Source: an uncultured delta proteobacterium (lineage in GTDB: Bacteria > Desulfobacterota > Binatia > HRBIN30 > BPIQ01). Taken from it: a stretch of 64,000 nucleotides of DNA. The stretch covers positions 1-64,000 of the forward strand of contig CAVXGR010000005.1 of NCBI GenBank assembly GCA_963761335.1. The letters run 5' to 3'. The position numbers and the translations under genes are program-made. The notes beneath the pieces are model-generated. The model searched no databases. It had not been told where the DNA came from and worked only from the letters and a program-made list of their open reading frames with translations. Below are positions 23,989 to 34,464 of the stretch, in pieces. Position 1 is the first letter of the stretch. Each line of letters starts with the position of its first letter.

Positions 23989-24840
23989 CTACGAGCGGCT
24001 CTGCCCGTGACCGGCGAGGAAGCGCTCCACGGCATCGCGGTGGCCCGCGGTGGTGAAGCACATGGGCTCCGCCAGCTCCTCCATGGCGATCGCCTGCTCC
24101 CACGACAGATCGGCGGCGCGGCGCAGCAGCGGCTTCGACAGGCTAACGATTGTGTCCGGCAAGGCCAGCACGCGCTCTGCCCAGGCCTGCGCATCGGCGA
24201 GCAGGCGATCGTGTGCGACGCAGGCAGTGGCGAGACCCATGGCGGCCGCTTCGGCACCGGAGAGCTCGCGGCCCGAGACGAACAGCTCGAACGCCCGGTG
24301 GTAGCCGACGCGCCGCGTCAGCATCCAGCTGGTACCCACCTCCGGCACCAGACCGATGTTGCCGAATGCCGGTACCAGGCGGGCGCGCTCGGACGCCAGG
24401 ATGAGGTCGCAGGCGTAGGCAAAGGCGAGCCCGACGCCCGCTGCGGCGCCGTTCACCGCGGCGATGAATACCTTGTCGGTCTGCGCCAGCAGGCGCGCAA
24501 TACCGCCGAACTGGTAGCGGATCCAGCGCCACAGGCCGACCGCGCCCTCGTCGCTGGTCTGCAGGAGACTCTGCGCCTGCGTCATCAAGCGCACGTCGCC
24601 GCCGGCAGAGAACGCCGGATCCGCGCCGGTAAGAATGACGACGCGCACCCCTGGATCAGCCGCCAGCGCACGCAGCGCTTCGTGCAGCTGCCAGGTCAGC
24701 GGCGCGGAGAGGACGTTGTACTTCTCCGGGTTGTTCATGGTCACCGTTGCGACGGCACCGCGGTGCTCCACCAGTGCCAGCTGCCGGCGGTCCGCCTTGG
24801 CGCCGTCGATCAGGGTCGCATAGCTCGTCGGTGTGCTCAT
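23989..24840 (-). CDS. Enoyl-CoA hydratase/isomerase
   Basis: AFSAGGD, AAVNGAAAGVG, GLVPEVG. Confidence 0.9.
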   Translation of the reverse strand: MSTPTSYATLIDGAKADRRQLALVEHRGAVATVTMNNPEKYNVLSAPLTWQLHEALRALAADPGVRVVILTGADPAFSAGGDVRLMTQAQSLLQTSDEGAVGLWRWIRYQFGGIARLLAQTDKVFIAAVNGAAAGVGLAFAYACDLILASERARLVPAFGNIGLVPEVGTSWMLTRRVGYHRAFELFVSGRELSGAEAAAMGLATACVAHDRLLADAQAWAERVLALPDTIVSLSKPLLRRAADLSWEQAIAMEELAEPMCFTTAGHRDAVERFLAGHGQSRS

Positions 24841-25481
24841 CGTTCCTTCCTCCCTTTCTTCTTGGTTCGTCTCTCGTCGGTGGCCAAGGCGCGCCATGCG
24901 GCATCACCCAGGGCGCGCGTCGCCGCCGGCAGGGCAACGCCGGTGTGGCCGCTCAACCACATGCGGGTGAACACCTGCGCCGGCCCGATGAGAATGGCGA
25001 AGTACAGCTCGGCGGGCAGCTGGCGCAGCTCGCCACGCTTGATGTGGGGGTCCATCCACGTCAGCACGCGCTCCGCAAATGCACGGTTGAGCGCCCGCAC
25101 GTCGGGCTCGGTCGCCGCCACCAGCTCCGCTTGCCGGCCCATGTCGAGCAACCAGCGCGCCCATGCCGGATGTTGTTCGACCCAACGCAGATGGTAGGCG
25201 ACGGCCGCGTGAATCGCCGCGGCGGCGTGCGCCCGCGGTCCGAACGCGGCCACGAAGCCCTCTTGATAGTCGCGCAGGGCCTCGACGTAGAGCGCCGCCG
25301 CGAGTCGCTCCTTGCTGGCGAAGTGGTGGTAGATGCTGCCCGTGCTCGCGCGCGAGGCGCTCCGGATGTCTTCCATGGTGGTGGCGGCGAAGCCCAATCG
25401 CGTGAAGCAGTCGAGCGCGGCTTCGAGAATCTGGCGGCGTCGCGGATTCGACGCCGCCCGCATGCGTCGCGTGCGGGGCAC
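24837..25481 (-). CDS. TetR/AcrR family regulator
   Basis: GFAATTMEDI...STGSIYHHFASKE. Confidence 0.9.
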   Translation of the reverse strand: MPRTRRMRAASNPRRRQILEAALDCFTRLGFAATTMEDIRSASRASTGSIYHHFASKERLAAALYVEALRDYQEGFVAAFGPRAHAAAAIHAAVAYHLRWVEQHPAWARWLLDMGRQAELVAATEPDVRALNRAFAERVLTWMDPHIKRGELRQLPAELYFAILIGPAQVFTRMWLSGHTGVALPAATRALGDAAWRALATDERRTKKKGRKER

Positions 25482-25615
25482 AGTGGAGACTTACTCTAGA
25501 GCAATATTCTACTCAAGATGGCAGACAGAGATCGGCGCGCCGGAGCAGAACCAGGGGAGACACTTCTGGACACACCCCGCAGGGCAGCGCGGCGATCTGC
25601 GGTCCGCAGGCGCGT

Positions 25616-26656
25616 TCAATCCGGTCCGGCGTCGCGCGCGTGGCCCTTGGGGGATCCGCCGGTCCAGCGTTTGAAAGCGCGAGAGAAGGTGGGCGCGTTC
25701 GAGTACCCCAGCAGGAATGCAATCTCCTTGATGCTGTATTCGCCATTCAAGAGGTATTCGTGCGCCAGCGCCAGGCGCGCGGAATCGAGTAGTGCCTGGA
25801 ATCTCGCCCCCTCGCGCGCCAGCGCAGCCTTCAGTGAGCTCTTGCTGAGTCCCAGACGCACTGCGACCGCCGACTCCGTCGGTCCGTCGGCCATCGTCTC
25901 GTTCAGGACTGTGCGGACCTTCGCCGTGACGGCGTTGCCCTCCAAGCGATCGGCGTCGCGGGCCACGATGTGCTGATAGACCTCTCCCAAGGCCCGATTA
26001 CCGTCCGCCAGTGGCATCTCGCAGTCGTCGCGTCGGTACTCGACAAACTCCCTGTCCGCGCCGAAGAGGACGGGTGCGCGGAAGACCTTTTCGAACGCGG
26101 CGAACCCCGCGGGTTTCGGTCGTCGCCGGGAGACGAGGACGGGGTCAATGGGACCCTGGTTCCATGCCAACCCTCGCACGACGCGAACCCATACCACCCA
26201 GAAGGCATCCAACTCCTCCGCCGGTGGCTCCGTGGGAGAGAGCGCCTGCACTTCGAGCCGGTAGCGATCCGAGCGCTCTTCCAGATTCAGCCGCAGCGAA
26301 TCGCTCATCAATCTCTGGTAACGAACGAGCCGATTGCACGCCGTCTTCAAGCTCGTGCTCGCGAAGACGGCGTGCGTCAGCGCTCCGAACGTGGAAGCGG
26401 TCGCGAACCGCGCTACCCGGAGGCCAAAGCACGGATCTCCGGTCACCTCGATGGCGCGCCGCCACAATCGCGTCATTGCCAGCTGGGGGACGCGCTCATG
26501 CGGAGACGCCAGATTTCTCTGGCTGACACCCGACTCCAGAGCCAAGCGCTCGGCATCGTAGCCCTCGGTGGCCAGGGCTCGAAGGACCACGTGCAGCCAG
26601 TTGCCGGCGGTCGAAGGCTGCCGCGCACCGGTTAGAGATGTCTCGGCCGAGCGCAT
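25616..26656 (-). CDS. AraC-family regulator (OruR/ArgR-like ligand domain)
   Basis: C-terminal SIKEIAFLLGYSNAPTFSRAFKRWTG.SP. Confidence 0.9.
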   Translation of the reverse strand: MRSAETSLTGARQPSTAGNWLHVVLRALATEGYDAERLALESGVSQRNLASPHERVPQLAMTRLWRRAIEVTGDPCFGLRVARFATASTFGALTHAVFASTSLKTACNRLVRYQRLMSDSLRLNLEERSDRYRLEVQALSPTEPPAEELDAFWVVWVRVVRGLAWNQGPIDPVLVSRRRPKPAGFAAFEKVFRAPVLFGADREFVEYRRDDCEMPLADGNRALGEVYQHIVARDADRLEGNAVTAKVRTVLNETMADGPTESAVAVRLGLSKSSLKAALAREGARFQALLDSARLALAHEYLLNGEYSIKEIAFLLGYSNAPTFSRAFKRWTGGSPKGHARDAGPD

Positions 26657-26769
26657 TGTTCCAGACTGGTGGTAGTGGCCATCCGGCTCAATTGCAACGA
26701 ATTTGAGCCATTCTGGTAAGTTCGAGAGCTGGAATCGGGAAGTGCGGTTGAGCGATATTCGCCCGGGAA

Positions 26770-29484
26770 ATGAAGATCACTTCGAGCAGTGCACGTTCCG
26801 TTTTTCTGTTTGCGACTCTCGTTCTTGCGAGCAGCGCGCACTCGGTGGCGGCCCAGACGTACCAGTTTGCCGTGGACCTGCAGCCCGACTCGTCTTCCGG
26901 CTGCACCTTCGATCTGACGCCTTCCGGGCCCACTCTGGAAGGCTTCGATCTCGTCGCGACGCTCACGGTCGACATCGGACCGCCGGCTCTCGTCGTCGGC
27001 GCAACTGTGGCGGCGTGCGACGATGCCTCGGGCACGTTCGGTCCGCCCGTCCCGTTGGGCGGCCCATGGCCGATCGGCTTGGACGTCGGAATCGACTTCG
27101 CCGATGTCCTCGAGACCTTCATCCCCTTCGATCCGACCGTGGCGAGCAGGGTGGTCCGGATCGCGGTGCGGGCAGACGGCCTGCACGGCGAGTCCGATGC
27201 GCTGTTCACCCGCGACGGGACGTTGATCGGCGCTCCGATCAACCTGGCTCTCGGCGGCTCTGCACCGGCACCCGCACTCTCGTTCTGGGGCATCGTGCTC
27301 GTGGTCGCGTTTCTCGGCGCGCTGGCGCTCTTCCACATTCGTCGCCGCGGGTCGTTTCGGGCGGCCCTGTGGCTCCTGATCCCAACGGCCCTCATCGCGT
27401 CGAAGATCGCGCTCGCGATGATGTATTCCGTCGATGGCAACGTCGAAGAGTGGTTCGGCCGGCGGCCGATCGCGCTCGACCTTCCCAACGATTCGACCCC
27501 GCCCTCACCGGATATCGAGATTTTCGCGCTCTTCGCCGCGCCCACGGACTCGGGTTTGTTCTTGCGGCTCGACGTCGAGAACCTCGCCGCGGCGACACCC
27601 ACCAGCACACCGACAGCACCGTCCACCGCCACGTCAACATCGTCTCCGACCGATACACCGACGATCACACCGAGCCACACGCCCACCGACACGGCGACGC
27701 AAACGCCGACGAGCACCGGCACGCAAACCGCCACGGATACACCGACGCACACGCCGAGCGACACCCCGACCCACACGCCCACGGACACGCCGACCCAGAC
27801 GCATACGGGGACCGCCACCCAGACACCGACGGATACCCCGACCGATACACCGACGGACACGCCCACCGACACGCCGACGCACACGCCCACCGACACCCCG
27901 ACGCTTACGCCTACGGCTACCCAGACCGATACGCCCACCGACACCCCGACCTTTACTCCTTCGTTGACTCCGACCGTCACGGACACTCCGACCCCGGAGC
28001 CTCAGCCCGTGTACGCAGCTCCCGACGGCAGCGACACGTCGAGCGCGTGCTCCGAGACCGACCCGTGTGAGCTGCGCCGCGCGATCTCGATGGTGACGGC
28101 TGGCAACGAAGTGCGCCTCGCAGCCGGCACGTACACCTTGACCGCTCCTTTGACCACGCTCGGCGCGGGTGTCGGACTGGTGGGAGGTTACATCCAGAAC
28201 CCGTCCGATCCGTGGGTAAAAGCCAGCGACTGCTTCGGCCTCTCGGCCACCACACTGCGACGCGTCAACGGCAACCCGGCCGACGAGCAGTCTCAACCCG
28301 GCTTGATCGGAATCCGGCTCAACGGCGCCAGCAACTTCCGCCTCGAGTGTTTCGAGGTCGTCACTGACGATGCGGCGCTTCTCGGCCAGTCCACGTACGG
28401 AATCCACCTGCAAGGCTGCAGCGACTACCTGCTGAAGGATCTCCGCATCGCCCCGGGCGACGCGGCCCGCGGCGCCCACGGGCAGCAAGGAAGCGACGGC
28501 ATCCCCGGCTTTGACGCAGAGGACACTCTGGATTGCAAAGACTACCCTCTCGACTTGACCCTGTGCGGGGCAACCGAAGGGAGCGGCGGAAACAAAGAGA
28601 TCGTGGGACTCGGCGGCGACGGCAGCTTCGGCTCCGGTAACGCGGTCAACGATCCCTGGTCCGGAGCTGTGCCGGGGTTCGGCGGACCCGCTCCGGTCCT
28701 CTGTTGCGAGAATGGGATAAGCGGTGAGAACGGTGAGACCGTCAGCGCCTTCTCCACCATCCCGCTCCCCAAAGTCTACTTCGGTGGTGGCGGCGGCGGC
28801 GGCGGAGCCGGCGGCCAGGGAATGCACAACGGGGGCCGCGGAGGTGGTGGCGGCGGCAATCTGTTCTGCAATCCCGATGTTCCCCCCAACACGAATTGGG
28901 GTACCGGCGGAGCCGGCGGCGACCATCAATCCGGCGAGGACGGTAGCAATGCCGCCGCCGGAGCCGGAGGCACCGACGGCGCGGACGCGGCGGCCGGACC
29001 GCCCGGCTCCTACGTGAACGGATTCTGGGTCCCCACCGTCGCGGACGACGGCGGCGACGGCTGCGGCGGCGCCGGCGGCGCCGGCGGCGGCGGTGGGGGC
29101 GGTCAGAACGTCGATGGCACGGACCACGACGGAGCCGGGCACGGCGGCGGTGGCGGTGGCGGCGGCGGCGGCGGCGGCCGCGGCGGCAAAGGCGCCCAGG
29201 GCGGCGGCTCGTCGATCGCGCTGTACTTGTACCAGGACGGCGCCAACGGCGTGATCGACGGCTCCGTCGTGCTCGTAGCCGGCGCGGCAGGTGCCGGCGG
29301 CAACGGCGGCCACGGCGGCAACGGCGCTTCCGGTGGCAGCGGCGGCACCGGCGCGGACAATGGCTCCACCCAGATCGGCAAAGGCGGTCGCGGCGGCGAC
29401 GGCGGCCGGGGCGGCAACGGCGGCCAGGGCGGCAACGGGGCCGCTGGAGAGAGCCACCAGCTCCGCAACGACCCCGGCATCTGA
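26770..29484 (+). CDS. Large secreted/surface protein with internal IPTL-like TM segment, Thr-Pro linker and Gly-rich C-terminal region
   Basis: Signal peptide (…SSAHSVAA); [31 protein letters not shown] repeats; VYAAPDGSD...C; Gly-rich GxGG repeats. Confidence 0.85.
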   Translation: MKITSSSARSVFLFATLVLASSAHSVAAQTYQFAVDLQPDSSSGCTFDLTPSGPTLEGFDLVATLTVDIGPPALVVGATVAACDDASGTFGPPVPLGGPWPIGLDVGIDFADVLETFIPFDPTVASRVVRIAVRADGLHGESDALFTRDGTLIGAPINLALGGSAPAPALSFWGIVLVVAFLGALALFHIRRRGSFRAALWLLIPTALIASKIALAMMYSVDGNVEEWFGRRPIALDLPNDSTPPSPDIEIFALFAAPTDSGLFLRLDVENLAAATPTSTPTAPSTATSTSSPTDTPTITPSHTPTDTATQTPTSTGTQTATDTPTHTPSDTPTHTPTDTPTQTHTGTATQTPTDTPTDTPTDTPTDTPTHTPTDTPTLTPTATQTDTPTDTPTFTPSLTPTVTDTPTPEPQPVYAAPDGSDTSSACSETDPCELRRAISMVTAGNEVRLAAGTYTLTAPLTTLGAGVGLVGGYIQNPSDPWVKASDCFGLSATTLRRVNGNPADEQSQPGLIGIRLNGASNFRLECFEVVTDDAALLGQSTYGIHLQGCSDYLLKDLRIAPGDAARGAHGQQGSDGIPGFDAEDTLDCKDYPLDLTLCGATEGSGGNKEIVGLGGDGSFGSGNAVNDPWSGAVPGFGGPAPVLCCENGISGENGETVSAFSTIPLPKVYFGGGGGGGGAGGQGMHNGGRGGGGGGNLFCNPDVPPNTNWGTGGAGGDHQSGEDGSNAAAGAGGTDGADAAAGPPGSYVNGFWVPTVADDGGDGCGGAGGAGGGGGGGQNVDGTDHDGAGHGGGGGGGGGGGGRGGKGAQGGGSSIALYLYQDGANGVIDGSVVLVAGAAGAGGNGGHGGNGASGGSGGTGADNGSTQIGKGGRGGDGGRGGNGGQGGNGAAGESHQLRNDPGI
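27595..27996 (+). repeat. Thr-Pro (TPTD/TPTH) coding tandem repeat
   Basis: ~130-aa TPT-rich stretch built from 12-bp units. Confidence 0.9.
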
Positions 29485-29853
29485 TCGAAGCGCGTAAGCG
29501 CTTCGGTCTCGCGTGCTCGACTACCAGTCCCGCCGAACGTACGGCCGGGCGACCGCAAACAACAACGCCCCGGTACGAGCTCGTGGTGCGTCTGCCGGTC
29601 GGGTCCGATACGCAGCGGGCGCCGTGACGTGGCGAGCGGCATGCATGCCGAAGTACGGCGGCTCGACAGGCCCGCGGCGCGCGGTACTGGCTCCGGTGTC
29701 GGTCTGCAGGGCCCGGCTGGGCAGCCACAGGCTGAGTGGCTGCCTTGACCCTATGACCCTATGGATGCGCTGCGCTCATAGTTCGTGGCTTCATCCTGAG
29801 GTTCACTGTCTCACCTGATTCCCCGTCTCGCGGTTTGAGGAAGGCTTTCTCAC

Positions 29854-30621
29854 TCAAGCCGCAAGCGCGTCGATGTACTCATCGCGACGCGACCACGGTG
29901 CCGGCTTGACCTGGTACTCCTCAAGCGCCTCGGTGACGTCGCCCCCGACAACATGGTCGCGGTCATTGAGGAACGCATAGGCCTCCGGCTTTTCCGGCCG
30001 GGCCTCCCGAGTGTCAGTGAGGGCGAACAGATACGATCCAACCGTGCTCTTGGTGGCAACATTGATGGCTTGCACAAAGCGCTCCGGACGCGTGCGGGAT
30101 TTGGGTATCAAAAAGTCAATCGCGTGGTCGTAGCCGCTTCGCCCGGCGATTTTGATGCGTGGGCTGTAGCGTACATCGTGCGCATCAAGGAATGCGCGCA
30201 CATCCTCCCAAAAGAATGTGGCGACTCGCGGCTGGGCCATCACGAACATGTCGTTCACGGCGAGCATTGCCTGCACCAGCGCGTGGACCTTCTGCCCCAG
30301 CGTTCGCTGCGAGGCGTCGACGACAAGCTGGTTCGCTTCCAGCCGCACGCCGAATCCGTTGACGATGGCTTTCAGGATCTCGAGACGCTTCTGCGTACTT
30401 AGGTCCAGGCCGCTCGTTCGCAAGTCGGACAGAATATACCCGTCGTCCGATAGGACGATGGTCCCGTTCCGCTGAACCGCGTACACCTGCAGGTGGTCGT
30501 TGTGTCGGTCCAAGAACGGCGTCGTCAGCTCGCAGGCGGTTCCCACTGCCTCAACCGACAATCCCTTCCGGAGCCAGTCGAGGTAGGAATCGATCAGTTG
30601 CTGGCATTCCTGCTTGTTCAC
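29854..30621 (-). CDS. DUF1828/DUF1829-domain protein
   Basis: LTTPFLDRHNDHLQVY, LSDDGY, VQAMLAVNDMF, GRSGYDHAIDF. Confidence 0.85.
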   Translation of the reverse strand: MNKQECQQLIDSYLDWLRKGLSVEAVGTACELTTPFLDRHNDHLQVYAVQRNGTIVLSDDGYILSDLRTSGLDLSTQKRLEILKAIVNGFGVRLEANQLVVDASQRTLGQKVHALVQAMLAVNDMFVMAQPRVATFFWEDVRAFLDAHDVRYSPRIKIAGRSGYDHAIDFLIPKSRTRPERFVQAINVATKSTVGSYLFALTDTREARPEKPEAYAFLNDRDHVVGGDVTEALEEYQVKPAPWSRRDEYIDALAA

Positions 30622-30743
30622 AGGAGGACCTCCTGGAACGGCGGAATATCTCGAATGCTGCAGAAGCGACAGAAGTCGTCGAGCGTCTGCCGAAAGTTGG
30701 ATGGATCGGTGAACTGCCCCGGGTCGAGAGGCGTCGCCCACCT
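30618..30743 (-). pseudogene. 3' remnant of the usual upstream partner gene of DUF1828 (DUF6978-like)
   Basis: WATPLDPGQFTDPSNFRQTLDDFCRFCSIRDIPPFQEVLL* with a GTGA overlap to the DUF1828 start; 5' part replaced by a palindromic element. Confidence 0.6.
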
Positions 30744-30821
30744 GGGGGGGGACGCGGGGGGACGTAGTTTCATCCGTTTCACTTGAGCGAAAGTGAAAGA
30801 AGTGAAACTACGTCCCCCCCC
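30744..30821. repeat. Small palindromic REP/MITE-like element
   Basis: GGGGGGACGTAGTTTCA (30756-30772) / TGAAACTACGTCCCCCC (30803-30819) perfect IR with inner TTTCACT/AGTGAAA stem. Confidence 0.75.
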
Positions 30822-30918
30822 TTACACCGTGCCCTCCCTACAGTACAGGTGTCGCATCCCGGTGGTGGCGCCGGCTCGAGTCAACGATGGCGGCGCCTTC
30901 CGAGACGAGGCGCCGTAG

Positions 30919-32091
30919 CTATCGCCATACCCCGATGCCGAGGCCGATGCAGGCGCCGCCGAGCACCAGCCACGTCGAGCTCACACGGAAGCGCAGCAAC
31001 AGAAGCACAGCGGCCGCGGTGAGGGCTGCGGTGGTGAGGTCGACGATCGCCGCCCGCCCCAGGGTGAAGGTGACGACGATCATCAGGGCGAGCGAGCCGG
31101 CGATGACGCCGTTCAGGAACGCCCCAGCCGCGGGCGAACGGCGCAGGCGCGGCACCAGGGGGCCGCTCAGCGCCACGAAGAAGAACGACGGCAGGAAGAT
31201 GCCGAGGGTGGCCAGCAGCGCGCCCATACCTCCGCCAAGCAGGTAGCCGATGAAGGTCGCGGTGCTGAACACCGGTCCCGGCGTGATCTGTCCGATCGCT
31301 ACCGCATCGAGCAGCTGACCGTCGGTGAGCCAATGCCAGTGCTGGACCAGGTCAGCACGCAAGAAGGCCAACAGCACGTAGCCGCTGCCGAAGAGGACGG
31401 CGCCCACCTTGAGGAAGAAGAGGAACAGCGCGCTCAGACTGAACGGCACGATGGCCGCCGCGCCGCCGGCGGCGAGCGGGCCGATGCCGGTGCCGGTTGC
31501 AGCCCATGCGTCGATGCCCGCGGCCCGCGAGCGGCCGCGGACATCGACGGCGTGCGCGGCCAGCGACGCCATGCCGGCCCCGAGCAGTACCACCAGCTCG
31601 TTCACGCCGGCGGCGCTCGCCGCCACTGCCAACACCGTCAAGGTAGCAAGCAGAGTCGTCTTTACGGCGGTACGGCCGAGCCGCCACAGCGCCTGCAGGA
31701 TGATCGCGATCACCACCGGCTTGACGCCATAGAGCAGTGCCCCGGCCTGGGGGCGCGTGCCGAAGTGGACGTAGAGCCACGCCAGCGCCAAGGTGATGAG
31801 GCTTGCGGGTACAATGAAGCAGACCCCGGCGACCACCAGGCCGGCCCAGCCGGCGCGCTGATGGCCCAGGTGAATGGCCATTTCCGTGGAGTTCGGTCCG
31901 GGGATGAGATTCGTCGCTCCGAGCAGGTCGAGGAAGTGCTCGCGCGTGATCCACCGGCGTCGCCGCACCACCTCGTCTTCCATCATCGCGATGTGCGCCG
32001 CCGGACCGCCAAACGCCGTCATGGCGAGACGCAGGAACAGCAGCGCCACCTCCTGCAACGACGCCTTGGCTCGCGTCACCGACTCCGCCAT
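30919..32091 (-). CDS. chrA: Chromate efflux transporter
   Basis: FGGPAAHIAMM, PGPNSTE, FGSGYVL, GQITPGP. Confidence 0.92.
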   Translation of the reverse strand: MAESVTRAKASLQEVALLFLRLAMTAFGGPAAHIAMMEDEVVRRRRWITREHFLDLLGATNLIPGPNSTEMAIHLGHQRAGWAGLVVAGVCFIVPASLITLALAWLYVHFGTRPQAGALLYGVKPVVIAIILQALWRLGRTAVKTTLLATLTVLAVAASAAGVNELVVLLGAGMASLAAHAVDVRGRSRAAGIDAWAATGTGIGPLAAGGAAAIVPFSLSALFLFFLKVGAVLFGSGYVLLAFLRADLVQHWHWLTDGQLLDAVAIGQITPGPVFSTATFIGYLLGGGMGALLATLGIFLPSFFFVALSGPLVPRLRRSPAAGAFLNGVIAGSLALMIVVTFTLGRAAIVDLTTAALTAAAVLLLLRFRVSSTWLVLGGACIGLGIGVWR

Positions 32092-32113
32092 GCCCTCGAA
32101 GGTCGCCGGCCGT

Positions 32114-32608
32114 TCATCGTGCTGCCTGCGGCAGGACAAGGATCTGACCGCTCATCTCGGGCTGGTGCATGGTGCAGAAGAAGCTGAAGAGCCCCTCGCG
32201 GTGGAACGTGAAGACGTACGAGGTCTTTTGCAGCGGCGGCAGCAGCACCTTCATCAGAACGTTCAAGTCCGGATCCACGAGCATGAAGTCGTGCTCGTCG
32301 TCCGCCTGCAAGTTCCAGAAGGCGAGCGCCGTCGGCTCGTCGCGGTGCACGGCAATGAACGACGGCGCGAATGCGTAGACCTCGCCGAAGCGGGCGACGG
32401 TCTGTTTCGGACCGGTCTCCTTGATGGCGACGGCCTGCGTCAGGACGGTCACCGCCGCCGCCGCCGGGCCGTCGCCGGGAGTCACCCCGACTACCTTGGC
32501 GGCGGTTCGGTTGGGCAGGTAGGTGGGCTCGCCGTGAGGCATGGAGTGCCCTGGCGCCGCAAGCGGCGTGGCTGCGGCCGCGGCAAGGATGAGCATCGAA
32601 AGTGTCAT
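32114..32608 (-). CDS. Secreted cupredoxin (type 1 copper) protein
   Basis: Signal peptide; DEHDF and CTMHQPEM ligand set; GAGGAG RBS. Confidence 0.82.
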   Translation of the reverse strand: MTLSMLILAAAAATPLAAPGHSMPHGEPTYLPNRTAAKVVGVTPGDGPAAAAVTVLTQAVAIKETGPKQTVARFGEVYAFAPSFIAVHRDEPTALAFWNLQADDEHDFMLVDPDLNVLMKVLLPPLQKTSYVFTFHREGLFSFFCTMHQPEMSGQILVLPQAAR

Positions 32609-32880
32609 GGGTGACTCCTCCTCCTCGTCGCGGGGAGACCTGGCAGGCTCAATGCGACGCGCCCGCGCCACCACGCGTCCAGCGACCAGGTACCGCCGCC
32701 GACGATCAGCAGGAAGATCGACCCGCGCAGCATGCAGTAGTCGGTTCTGGACTCGTGCGCGGCGGCCCACAATCCATGGATCAGCAGCATCGGAATCTTC
32801 GCCGTCGCGATGGCAACGAGAATGTCGATGAGCAGCAACACGGCGGCGATCCGGGTCAGGAGCCCGAGGACGACCAGGCT
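32605..32880 (-). pseudogene. 5'-truncated DoxX-family membrane protein
   Basis: LVVLGLLTRIAAVLL...K.P...HESRTD...GGG.WSLD; no N-terminal half upstream. Confidence 0.65.
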
Positions 32881-33002
32881 CGACCGTATACGGCGCTCAC
32901 AAAGCGCTCGTCAAGGGTTGCGGAGGGGCGTGTCCTGTGCGGCATCGGGCTTGCCTCAGCGGCGTCCGGCGTCCATCAATGGCAGGTACGGGAGGGAACC
33001 AT

Positions 33003-33392
33003 ATGACGACGGATCTGTGGATGCTGGTATTGACGGCGCTGCTGTGTCTCCTGCTGCCGTCGGTGTATCTCATCGGGCGCATGCAGGCCTCGGGCGGCAT
33101 GGAGTGGGCGCTCGGCAACCGCGACACCGCCCTGGACATACCGCCCTGGGCGGCGCGGGCGCAGCGGGCGCACCTCAACCTCGTCGAGAACCTGGCCCCT
33201 TTCGCCATTCTGGTGCTGGTGGCGCAGGTCGCCGGCCGCGCCGACGGCTGGACCGCTGCGGGTGCGGTCATCTTCTTCCTGGCGCGCCTGGCGCACGCCG
33301 GCGTCTACACCGCCGGTATCGTCGGCCTGCGCACGCTCGTCTTCTTCATCGGCGCTTTCGGCGAGATCCTCATCCTGAGTCAGCTGTTCTAG
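33003..33392 (+). CDS. MAPEG-family membrane protein
   Basis: RAQRAHLNLVENLAPF, ARLAHA. Confidence 0.88.
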   Translation: MTTDLWMLVLTALLCLLLPSVYLIGRMQASGGMEWALGNRDTALDIPPWAARAQRAHLNLVENLAPFAILVLVAQVAGRADGWTAAGAVIFFLARLAHAGVYTAGIVGLRTLVFFIGAFGEILILSQLF

Positions 33393-33411
33393 CGGAGCGG
33401 AGGAGGAGCAC

Positions 33412-34437
33412 ATGACGCAGGCGATGAACCGCCAGATTCTGCTGGCCGCGCGGCCGGTGGGGATGATCAAGGAGAGCGATTTCAAGCAGCGGGAGGTGCC
33501 GCTGCCGGCGCTCCGCGACGGCGAGTGCCTGGTGCGCAACATCTATCTGTCGCTCGATCCCACCAACCGCGGCTGGATGAACGAGCAGGACACCTACATG
33601 CCGGCGATCAAGATCGGCGAGGTCGTGCGCGGCGGCGGGGCGGGGGTCGTGGTCGAATCGAAGAACCCCGCCTACACGCCCGGCGATCTGGTCTTCGGCA
33701 TGATCGGCTGGCAGGACTACTGCGTCACCTCGTCGAAGGACGCTCTGCCGATGAACGTGATCCCGCCGGGAGTGCCGCTGACGGCAGCGCTCAGCGTGCT
33801 CGGCGTCACCGGCATCACCGCGTACTTCGGCTTGCTCGACATCGGACAGCCCAGAGAAGGGGACACGGTGGTCATCTCCGGAGCCGCCGGTGCCACCGGC
33901 TCGGTTGCCGGGCAGATCGCCAAGATCAAGGGATGCCGCGTGATCGGTATCGCCGGGAGTCCGGAGAAGTGCCGCTGGGTGACCGGCGACCTCGGCTTCG
34001 ACGCCTGCATCAACTACAAGACGGAGGAGGTCGCCGCGCGCCTGAAGCAGACCTGCCCCAAGGGCATCGACGTCTACTTCGACAACGTCGGTGGCGACAT
34101 CCTCAATGCCGTGCTGGCGCAGATCGCTCCGCGTGCCCGCATCGTGCTCTGCGGCGCCATCTCGATGTACAACGCCACGGATCTCCCGCCCGGCCCGAGC
34201 AACTACGTCTCCCTCATCATCCACCGGGCGCGCATGGAGGGCTTCATCGTCATGGACTTCCTGCCGCGCTTCCCGGAGGCGTTCATGCAGATCAGTCAGT
34301 GGCTCGGCGAGGGCAAGATCAAATACAAGGTCGATGTCGTGCATGGGCTGGAGCAGGCGCCGACCGCGATCAACCGGCTGTTCACCGGCGCCAACACCGG
34401 CAAGCTGCTGGTGCAGATCTCCGAAGAGCCTGCATAG
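33412..34437 (+). CDS. NADP-dependent alkenal/one oxidoreductase (PTGR/CurA-like MDR)
   Basis: YLSLDP, TAYFGL, SGAAGATG, YFDNVGG, NTGKLLV. Confidence 0.92.
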   Translation: MTQAMNRQILLAARPVGMIKESDFKQREVPLPALRDGECLVRNIYLSLDPTNRGWMNEQDTYMPAIKIGEVVRGGGAGVVVESKNPAYTPGDLVFGMIGWQDYCVTSSKDALPMNVIPPGVPLTAALSVLGVTGITAYFGLLDIGQPREGDTVVISGAAGATGSVAGQIAKIKGCRVIGIAGSPEKCRWVTGDLGFDACINYKTEEVAARLKQTCPKGIDVYFDNVGGDILNAVLAQIAPRARIVLCGAISMYNATDLPPGPSNYVSLIIHRARMEGFIVMDFLPRFPEAFMQISQWLGEGKIKYKVDVVHGLEQAPTAINRLFTGANTGKLLVQISEEPA

Positions 34438-34464
34438 GCTGTCCTCTCTGGTTGCGGAGAAGCC

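Noticed and set aside
27595..27996. Tandem repeats as a possible CRISPR array
   Set aside because: 12-bp coding Thr-Pro units with no unique spacers; no cas genes in the window
29513..29818. 101-aa ORF and GGCAGCCAC/GTGGCTGCC hairpin in the intergenic gap
   Set aside because: No RBS or recognisable motif; the hairpin is single-copy in the window
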